Of a stretch of 64,000 nucleotides of DNA, positions 48,001 through 57,345 are shown one piece after another. Positions within the stretch are counted from its first letter, which is position 1. Each line of letters opens with the position of its first letter. Under the pieces are notes generated by a model. It saw nothing but the letters and a program-made list of their open reading frames with translations. It did no database searches and was not told where the DNA came from. A program made the translations under genes and the position numbers. This stretch comes from Asterias rubens (Eukaryota). The DNA lies in the NCBI RefSeq assembly GCF_902459465.1, contig NC_047062.1:31124001-31188000 (forward strand). Reading direction: 5' to 3'.

Positions 48001-51000
48001 AATCTGGTTGTACGGAAGCTAGACTTGGCTTCCCTCGCTTCGATCAGAGCATTTGCTGAGAAGATCAAGGCGGAGGAGACCAGGCTGGATATTCTGGTCA
48101 ACAATGCAGGTGGGTTGCTCGTCAACAATCAAAAATGCCTCAAAGTTGCCATGCTTTATGCACTGTGATTGGCGTAGCCACCGAAGGGGCATACTGAGCC
48201 CAACTTCATCAAGCAGAAAATACTGACTCTGCTAAGCAAAACATTGAGTGGGGCACCAGCCACAACATGCAAACTTAATGTAATGTTGGCTGGTAACCTG
48301 TTTCTGCTACTTGAGCAATACTGCTCTGTGCTTAGCAAGTTGTGCTTACCGGCTTTATGAAATTTGGTCCTGTTACTGTTGATAGTTATAATTACTTCAT
48401 ATTGTCCAAACTGTGCAAAGCTTTAAATACACTTTTTTGTTTCAAATTTTGATGATTATGGTTTATTTCCTTGGCAGGAATAATGATGTGCCCAGAGTGG
48501 AAGACGGAAGATGGATTTGAGATGCAGTTCGGCGTCAACCATCTCGGCCACTTTCTCCTGACCAACCTCCTCCTGGATCTCATCAAGTCCTCCTCCCCGT
48601 CCCGCATCGTCAATGTGGCCTCGTTAGCCCACATATGGGGAAAGATGCACTGGGATGACCTGATGATGAGGTCAGGTTACGATGCATTATTGTCGTATGG
48701 ACAGAGTAAGCTGGCTAATATCCTCTTCAGCAAGGAGCTCAGCAAACGCCTTGCAGGTACAAACCCTTAGCTGTTTTTATTCTAGCAATGAATCATTGTT
48801 TTGTCCATGCGTCTAACATTCTTCATACTAAAGTCAGATTTCCAATTGGTTTGCCTTTGGGAAAAATAAGATAAACTGTGTTCAAATAGCCTGAAAAGTC
48901 TATTGGTGAAGCCTACATCAGTTAGCACTTGAACTCAATAAAAATATCCTACTGTTTGTCAATGAAACTCCCTTTGGACACCGGTATACATTTTTTTGTA
49001 ATGGTCATGTTTCTGAAACACAATTACTATGTTGGAAACTTGGCCCAAGGTAGTTTGGGGTCTCCCTTTCTTCTTTTTTTTTGCTTCTGGTTCTCTTGTG
49101 AGAACATGGCCAGGTTCTAGTTTGGACAAGAGTTGAAGGCACTGGAAGCCCTTGGGAAGTGTCAAAGACCCTGTCTATACAGTTGGTGTATCTCAACATT
49201 ATAAATGGATAAAATAACAAACCTGTGAAAATTTGAACTCAATTGGTCGTCGGAGTTGCGAAAGAGTATAATGGAAGGAAAAACACCCTCATCGCCCACA
49301 AATTATGTTCTTTCAGATGCCTTTAAGTTCGTGACCTCAGCTGAGGTCTCAAATTCAATTCAAATATTTGAGTGAGAAATTACTTCTTTCTCAAAAACTA
49401 CGTTATTTCAGAGGGAGCCGTTTCTTACAATGTTTCTATCAACAGCTCTCCGTTGCTCGTTACCAAGTAAGTTTTTGTGCTAACAATTATTTTGAGTGAT
49501 TTACCATGTAGTGTCCAATGTCTTTAACGTAGAACGTGTTTTTTGGTGTCTCATCCAGGAAGCGGGGTTTCGGTCTATTCTCTCCACCCTGGGTCTGTCA
49601 GTACAGAGTTGACCCGTTACTTTAACCACGGTCTGAAGTTCCCGCTGAGATACATCTTTAGCATTATCACGTCTGCACCTATACGCATGCTTGTTTTTAA
49701 GTCAGCAGTGCAAGGCGCACAGACGTCCATCTACTGCTCAGTCACTGAGGAGCTCAAGGAAGTCACAGGGATGTATTACAGGTATGTAGATTTTTACATT
49801 AATTCAGGCAATGAATTCTTTCCTACTTAAGTCTGATTTCCGATTATTTTTGTTGCCCTGAGACAAATCTGACAAACTGTGATCAATTAGCCTGAAAAGG
49901 ATATTCAAGCCAACACCATGTGTACTTTGTAGATCAGCCCTTGTACTCGACGAAATTGCCCTACTTTTTTTCCCAAGGACCAAATATCAATCCCGTTAAA
50001 GGCAGTGGACACTATTGATAATTACTCCAAATATTTATTAGCATAAAACCTGACTGGGTAATGAGTAATGGGGAGAGGTTGATAGTATGAAACATTGTAA
50101 GAAACGGCTCCCTCCGAAATGACGTAGTTTTCGAGAAAGAAGTAATTTCCCACGAATTTGATTTCGAAACCTCACGTTTAGAACTATAGGTCTCAAAATC
50201 AAGCATCTGAAAGCACACAACTTCGTGTGACAAGGGTGTTTTTTCGTTCATAGTTATCGCGCAACTTCGACGACCAATCAAGCTCAAATTTTCACCGTTT
50301 TGTTATTTTATGCACATGTTGAGATACACCAAGTGATAAGCCTGGTCTTTGACAATTATCAATAGTGTCCAGTGTCTTTAATAAGTACCCAGTTTTCGCG
50401 ATTGATTGAGTAATGTGTTCATTCACAGACTGATGGTGTATGCCACCCCGTTTTAAGATTGTTTTGAAGAACTAGCCTTCGTTTGATGGTTATTGCATGT
50501 ATTGTAGCGTATGTAGCGTGATAATGCTTGGCCATAAACGGACAGTGTGCGTTGTTAGTACATGTATGCAGATGTGACAGCGTTGCATTGCGCAGTGATG
50601 AGCATTGACGATTGAAAACCAAAGACGATCCCCCCTCTCAAGAGCAGATAGATGTCTTTACGCTAGAGCACAGAGCATGCCGGGTAATGAAAAGAATCCT
50701 ATACAGTTGCAAAATTGATTATGTTGTGTTGGGGGCAGTTATTGGTAACGTCAAAGACCTGTATCCTCGTTTGGTATATCCCAACCTATGCATAAAATCA
50801 CAAACCTGTGAAAATTTGGGCTTAATTGGTCATAAATGTAGCAAGAAAATGATACAATAAAAAAAAACACCCTTTTTGCATAAAATTGTGTGCTTTCAGA
50901 TGCTTGACAAAGTTCTAACTTAGGACTAGTTTTAATAACTTAGGAATAGTTTTATGTTTTTAATAACTTCTTAAGAGTCCTACGACTAGTCCAAAGTTAG

Positions 51001-51180
51001 GACTATCTTTGTGAAATCGACCACTGGAAACTTTTAGGTGATGATTTTGTACGTTTGATTTTCCTTCACAGCGACTGTGCTGAAGTGAAGCCAAATCGTC
51101 TGGCCCAAGACGAGGAGTCAGGAAGGCGACTGTGGGAGGTCAGTGCAGAGTTGGTCGGCCTAGAGAAGAAGATGGAATAA
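45052..51180 (+). CDS. Retinol dehydrogenase 11/12/13-like short-chain dehydrogenase/reductase (paralogue B), 336 aa, 6 exons
   Basis: Exons 45052-45112, 47162-47308, 47918-48109, 48478-48756, 49559-49781, 51072-51180 total 1011 nt with phases 1,1,1,1,2. Exon lengths 147/192/279/109 equal those of paralogue A. Motifs [43 protein letters not shown]. An AATAAA (51176-51181) overlaps the stop codon. Confidence 0.93.
45252..45384. mobile_element. Merlin-type MITE, 133 bp, 8-bp TSD GATATTTC
   Basis: GATATTTC|GGAAAAGTTTCCATATGGCGCCACC ... GGTGGCGCCATACGGAAAGTTATCC|GATATTTC. Confidence 0.8.
45808..45939. mobile_element. Merlin-type MITE, 132 bp, 8-bp TSD ATTGTAGT
   Basis: Same family as 45252 but with a different exact 8-bp direct repeat on each side. 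Confidence 0.8.
46493..46945. mobile_element. Two adjacent GGCCCAATTTCATA-family MITEs in RDH-B intron 1
   Basis: 46493-46730 aligns to 9723-9967 almost end to end; a second related element follows, ending gaaattgagca|ctg. Confidence 0.8.
47498..47890 (+). mobile_element. Family A Kolobok-type element in RDH-B intron 2
   Basis: TTAA on both sides and full internal similarity; ends 27 nt before the acceptor G at 47917. Confidence 0.88.
49133..49527 (+). mobile_element. Family A Kolobok-type element in RDH-B intron 4
   Basis: Diverged copy ending gtgtccaatgtctTTAA, 31 nt before the acceptor G at 49558. Confidence 0.8.
49996..50381 (-). mobile_element. Family A Kolobok-type element, reverse orientation, RDH-B intron 5
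   Basis: Reverse complement of family A with TTAA at both ends. Confidence 0.88.
50725..50907 (+). mobile_element. Family A fragment
   Basis: 5' half only, ending ttcagatgcttgac just before the internal hairpin. Confidence 0.65.
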
Positions 51181-51249
51181 ACAATCTAGAATCAATCGGA
51201 AGACCCACACGGATTCAACAAGTTTTCTGTATTGAGGAGGGCACATGGT

Positions 51250-51429
51250 ATAGACCTTTATCACGGTGTGGCCATATTGATTTTACTCCGTTCCAACTCA
51301 TTGTAACCAAACTGAGGCTGGACGAAATAATAGTCTGGTGCCACGTTTGCGCAATGAATTTTAGCATTCATTACTGTTATTGGAAACAGGGAACATGACC
51401 AAGATGGTGACAGCATGATAAAGGTCTAT
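51250..51429. mobile_element. ATAGACCTTTATCA-TIR MITE family; copies at 11324-11492, 53351-53493, 58436-58614
   Basis: Arms atagacctttatca...gccat / caagatgg...tgataaaggtctat; shared internal aaaccgaggctggaagaa...ttcctattt. Confidence 0.75.
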
Positions 51430-51562
51430 TGGAGAATGGCTTTGGGTCTTTGCATACTGCAGTGCATGACTGGTGTCGGACTGGACACGCAATACCAACC
51501 TAATCCATTGAGTGTGGGTTCAATTGTGGTTCTGACGATAACAATATTTCTCTGTTGGATTG

Positions 51563-51712
51563 CAATACGAGACTTTCCAATGCTAGGTGGCAGCAGACAT
51601 ACCGGGTAAATTTCCATTGTTTACGTAGTTCTGAACATGTGCATAATTCTGAGAACAATGGATTTACCCGGTAAGTCTGCTGCCCTCTATCGTCCCAGAA
51701 AGTCTCCCATTG
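51563..51712. mobile_element. 150-bp hairpin MITE, copy 1
   Basis: Arms gagactttc...gcagcagac..ccgggtaaat / atttacccggtaagtctgctgcc...gaaagtctc; nearly identical to 53015-53164. Confidence 0.8.
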
Positions 51713-51977
51713 TCGTGAAGCTTAAAGAGCAAGGAAAATGTCAACTTCATTTTTGTGATGTGCATGTACTCATTTTCTAATAGAGCCCTCTTGCCATTGG
51801 GAAAATCTCTAACCAAATGAAAATAAGTACACAATACGGGAAAGGTCCAATTAAGAAAGAAGCTAGACTGAAACATCCTTTTTTATCTGACAACTAACAC
51901 CTGTTATCTCCATGTAATTACTTTTCCAAACAGTGGATCATGCACAAACCTGTAGGGCTGGTTTATACCCGGCCGGT

Positions 51978-52332
51978 TTAAAGCCATTGGACACCTTCGG
52001 TAAACAGTATTTTCCAAAGGCCCACACTTCGTGTATCACAACTTGTATATAAAATAACAAACCTTATGGCTCAATCGGTCATCGGAGTCGGGAAAATCCA
52101 CTCTTGTTTTCGAACGTTTCGCCGTGTCATGACATGTGTTTACTATAAATCCGTAATTCTCGATGTCGAGAATTGATAATTGTTTCAATGTTTTCTAAAA
52201 AAGTAAAGCATTTCATGGAATAATATTTCAAGAGAAGTCTTTTACCATTACCCTCTCTGTAAACCCTGTAAGTTATTTGTAAATCTGTGAACTTTTTTTT
52301 TTTTTCTGTTCCGAAAGTGTATAATGGCTTTA
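51978..52332. mobile_element. TTAA-TSD element, family B (Kolobok-type)
   Basis: TTAA|AGCCATTGGACACCTTCGG ... CCGAAAGTGTATAATGGCT|TTAA. Confidence 0.8.
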
Positions 52333-53014
52333 ACTGCTCATCCATTAAGTTTAATGACCCAAGTATTTCAATGTAAATACACCCACTGGGGAGGTTTTTT
52401 TTGGGTGAAACTCGGGAAATCTTTGATTGAGCTTCCCTGTAATGATCACAAAATTGAATTTGACATTTCCCTTCCTCTTTAACATTTATTGTGCTTTCAT
52501 ATTGTAACTAATCAATCAGGTCAAAAACTGAACTTTTTCGTTAAATGGTCCAGGAAAACCGAGGTGGTGGTTGCAGGGGATCTGGACCCTCCTTGCTCTC
52601 AGGTTTTGTTTTTAAATATTTCAGGGATGAGATTGTTCAGACTTTTGGCCGAATTCAGACTTTTTTTATGTCGGCCTGGTGAAGAAAATCAAACAATATT
52701 TTTTTCCACAAATAAAGAAATCCTGCTCATTGGTCTACTTCTCTGGTGCTTTGGATACTGTTCCCAAAATCTCCTTGGAATCTATAAACCCCAGGGGTTT
52801 CCAAACAGTAGAAATGGTATCATTTCAACATACCTTTGAATTTGTATTCAAGTTTCAGACTTTTTCGTTCGTAATGACTCTCAGCCCTGATATTGACACT
52901 CCCAAATTGGGTGTTGTTCGAAAGCTCTTCACATCTATTTGATGTCTGAATAAACGCCATTTTGAGTTACAACGGGAAGTGCCTGGTTTGAGTACGGACA
53001 GTCACAGAGATGAT

Positions 53015-53164
53015 CAATAGGAGACTTTCCAACGCTAGGCGGCAGCAGACATACCGGGTAAATTTCCATTGTTTACGTAGTTCTGAACATGCGCATAATT
53101 CTGAGAACAATGGATTTACCCGGTAAGTCTGCTGCCCTCTATCGTCCCAGAAAGTCTCCCATTG
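53015..53164. mobile_element. 150-bp hairpin MITE, copy 2
   Basis: Same length and orientation as 51563-51712 with only a few substitutions. Confidence 0.8.
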
Positions 53165-53864
53165 GGTTCTATCTTTTTTTTAATAGTTAAGTTTCTATAG
53201 TTTTAGTTTCTGTACTAATTTCTGTACTAATTTGCTCCTGGTGAGTATTTAGTACTAAACATCGATGAACGGGTTAGATGATGTGAAATATATATATATT
53301 TATATATATGCTGTGATTAAATCAATGATTTTATTCAATTGAACAGGGCAATATGACCGTTATCATGGTGCAGCCATCTTGAATTTCTCCTCATTGATAT
53401 CAATGTTACCAAAACGAGGCTGGAAGAACAAATTAGTCTGGTTCCTATTTACAGGAACATGACCAAGATGAAGGCAGCATGATAAATGGCTATAGCAATT
53501 CAATGTACACTTTCCTGAGTTTTGGGGTTTTAACTTGGAAATTCTTTAATGGAACCGCTCCGTAATGTGCTCCGTTTTCCTTTATTTCGTCTTTTTTACC
53601 TTAACTTGTATAACGCACTTACTGCACTCTGTGGTGACATTTTTTTTATGATATCGTTTAAGCAATATTATTGTATTCTTTTACGCACCATCCAAATAAA
53701 ATAGCGAAACTAAATATCTCTCTCGTATCTGATAACTTGTTCATTTGTTGTTCTTTGATCGACATTGCTATAATCGTAGGCCTACCGCTGCTTCAAAAGC
53801 CTGGCAAGGATAAGAATTGGTGGCTGATGCGTCCAAAACCCCACTTATATTTGCTACATTAGGG

Positions 53865-54100
53865 GTGTCGTTGCCGAGCGGATAAGAGCACTGAACTCAA
53901 GCTCTTGTGTTTCTGTTCAGCAGAGTGTGGGTTCGAGTCCCGGTCGTGACACTTGTGCCCCTGCGCAAGAAACTATAATTGTATCTCTACATCCAGTGGT
54001 AAATGGGTACACTGTGTAGGCAGAGATGGTTCTTGTGATTGATTTAATTTCATATCTGGCAGCATAGGCTGTGTGCTCCCGATGGAGCTGAGATGTGTGA
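53865..54100 (+). mobile_element. tRNA-derived SINE; related fragments at 34505-34577 (-) and 36370-36430 (-)
   Basis: gtcgttgccgagcggataagagc (A-box) ... gggttcgagtccc (B-box) followed by the body gtgacacttgtg...gcaag...taattg. Confidence 0.7.
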
Positions 54101-54517
54101 AATTATGCTAATCTGTATAATTAATACTCGATGACTATGATTTATGAACTCATTTGGCTGAAAGTATTTTCCTTTAAAGGGTTGACAATTCCTATTGAGG
54201 GGGGGGGGGGCGGTGGTAAGCATGTAAACAACAAATTATTTCTTGTTGCCATGTGTGTATAGTACTTGACCCCACTCACTCGTATCGTTTACATACTTAA
54301 GTTTTCCTAGGTATCATATTGTTGACAATAGACCTGCTCGCATTGTACTTTTTTTTTTCTTCTTAAGTAAACGACCAGTTTGGTAAACCATGCATAGTCC
54401 CCAAAAACTTGTTGAACTGTTCACCCCACTCAACCATTCCTTCTAAGGAACATACTTAGAAAAAAGTATATTGGTTTCTGGGAACCGTTTGGTTGCTTTA
54501 TAAATATCGATGTAATC

Positions 54518-54859
54518 TTAAAGACACTGGACACTATTGGTAATTGTCCAATACCAGTCTTCCCACTTGGTGTATCTAAACATATGCATAAAAAAACAAC
54601 CTGTGAAAATTTGAGCTCAATTGGTCGTCGAAGTTGCGAGATATGAATGAAATAATTGATTTTGAGACCTCAAAATCTAATTCTGAGGTCTCAAAATCAA
54701 ATTCGTGGAAAATTACTTCTTTCTCGAAAACTACGTTACTTCAGAGGGAGCGGTTTCTCACAATGTTTTATACTATCAACAGCTCTCCATTACTTGTACC
54801 AAGTAAGTTTTTAAGCTAAATTGTTTTTGGAGTAATTACCAAGTGTCCACTGTCTTTAA
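54518..54859 (+). mobile_element. Family A Kolobok-type element with internal deletion
   Basis: Both TIRs and TTAA present; lacks the aaaacacccttg...cagatgc segment. Confidence 0.85.
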
Positions 54860-55430
54860 ATCATAGAGAACAGACAGAGACTAATTGACATATAAATTTC
54901 AAAAGGTGGTTGCCTTTTTGATCGCCCCCAAAAAATCCTGAGCGACATGTCCATGCAGGAAGAATGGTCCCCAATAGGAATACACAATGTGAGAAATGTT
55001 ACTGAACAACGCTTCTCTGATTCAAAATTTGTATCTTTTCACACAACTACTTATTTGAAGTGAAATGTTACTCAAAATGGTTTTTGAGTATCAGGAAATG
55101 CTGCAGGCTTCTAACCAAATATGTTGATTGCCATTCATTTTATGAGTGATTACCAAACCTGCATATTCCCTTTCAGCCTAATTAGTTTGTTAATTGTATA
55201 ACGTGGCAAAGAATCAGATTCACCAAATAATAATTATGCAGATTAACGTAATTTCACGGATGAATGCACACTGCCTACAATAATTATGCTCAAGTGGCTA
55301 AGAACATCTAAATTAAGAGTAAGAGTTTGTACGACCTTTTTTCCCCCCAGGAGAAATGTCCACTCTATTTTTCAAAACAATCTAGAAGAAAAATACTGTT
55401 GGCATTTTAAAAGATTGTCCATTGCGAACC

Positions 55431-55644
55431 TCAATGGACCGTCCTGGCTTTCCACTAAGCTCCGCCCACAGCGCACGTGAGCAAGACACGTGTACGAGCA
55501 CTCCCAATGACATTCTGCACGATTCTGCTGTGCGTGCCAAATATACGCGCACGCATGACTGAGTTTGTTCGACCAAAATGATTGCTGTGATTGGTCAAAT
55601 GGGTGAACGCGCAGTTTGATTGACAGGCCGGATTGGTCCATTGA
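55431..55644. mobile_element. MITE with TCAATGGACC TIR
   Basis: tcaatggaccgtcctggc ... gccggattggtccattga. Confidence 0.55.
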
Positions 55645-56084
55645 AAGAGCTGCCTACCTTTGGGTCTTACATTTTTACTGTACATGTACATTCAATTAGG
55701 TGCCGCAAACTGCGGTCAGGTTGGTGTAGTTGTATGTTTCCCCGTGGTAGGCTGGGACCCGGTTTCAAATCCCACCGGGGGAGGGGGGGGGGGCACTTTG
55801 TGGATTGTGTTTTCAGTCCCCGACTGCGTGGGTTTTCAAAAAATTACTAAGCGTATTTAATACCTTCTCTTTATGATTCTTAAAACCTGGGTTAATAAAC
55901 GAAACTTAGCTCAGTTTATAACATCCTTAAATAATTTATTGCAATGCTTCGATTTTACATAAATTGGCAACAAACATGATTATACTATGATTTTACATGC
56001 TATTGCATTCCATTAACTTACTGTAGCATCATTCAGATCATTTTAAAAGGCCCCCAGTACAAAAAGTTAACATTTTGGGTCAAA

Positions 56085-56232
56085 CTGCGAATGCGATACG
56101 AATGTTGACGTCACAAATTCGCACTGAGTTGAGTTGTGGGCAACTCAGTGCAAATATCGCAGCGAAAGTGGGGTAGTGACGTCAAATTCACATCAAATTT
56201 GCATCGCACTCGCAGCAAGTATGAATCGGGCT
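56085..56232. mobile_element. Degenerate hairpin MITE
   Basis: ctgcgaatgcgat..tgacgtca..gcactgagttg / caactcagtgc..tgacgtca..atcgcactcgcag. Confidence 0.6.
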
Positions 56233-57345
56233 TAAATGTTTTTCTAATCGTCTATAAGGGGATTGTTTCTCAAAATTTTACGACAGCTGCAGTGATTATT
56301 ACCAGTAACTTTTTATGGTCATTAATTTTTGGAGTACTTACCAAAAGTACACCATCCCTAATTAGAGTCCTTATTATGAGACATCGTTTTGCTTTAAAAA
56401 CAAATTAAGCAACAAATATTAAATCTATGTAATTATATAATTATGTACAAATTTACATTTGACTATTTTATTGAGATGTAATCAATTATTGGTTATATTT
56501 GGTAAAAACCAACGGTCTATGGGAGATTTAGAGTCTAAATCTACCCTAATTTGAATACAAGTTGCGTTGCAGAATTTTCACCGAAGCATTAATATTTAAG
56601 ATTTTGTTTTCTAGTAGTTTTATGCTTACAAAAAAATAAAGAAGTAAGGTCTCTGAGTAACATAGTTGATATTATTTTTAAATTGTAATTAAATTCCAAT
56701 AAACATATCGAAAATTCATTGGATAAATGCAAATTAATTATAAATTAAAACAAAATAAGGAACTAAAATATAGTGTAATTCTTTGAGTTATTCAGTATTT
56801 CTATGCATAAATAGTAAGTAACATTCAACTTACTCAATAACATGTTTCTCTAACAAAATTTTGTTAGAGGCTGAAAACAACAATGCCCATGTTAATCAGT
56901 GTTACAAAATAGAACAAATCTTGGCATACAAATTTATTTTTTATTTGACCTTACTTGACCAGCCAATCTCTCTCTCATTCAAACATTGCTTAACCTTCTA
57001 ATTGCACAAATTATTAAATTTTGATTCAGTTTATATCCAATACTTCTGTCAGTCATTTTCATTCAGGACCACTTCTTTAGTTGCTTGCAGGCCTTCAGGT
57101 AGTTCTGTAAAACATGTTTAGTTTATCTTTATTGAAACTAAATATTTGTTAGCAAGTGTTGTATCTGTACTTTGTGAAACTGCTGGAAAAAATACATGTA
57201 ATAATTATAATTAGAAGACTTTAGTGTATTGCAAAACCCTGTAAAACTTGATCCACTGGCTCTCATGCTGCCATATAGTCACCACATGCAACAGGAACTG
57301 TTGTTTTCCTGGATCCATCTTTTTCTGTCGCAGCATCAGGGATGC

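Noticed and set aside
53865-53945. tRNA-like sequences as real tRNA genes (also 32790-32945, 36925-37105, 57930-58210)
   Set aside because: Stems are mismatched or interrupted, and they run into shared repeat bodies, as expected for SINE heads.
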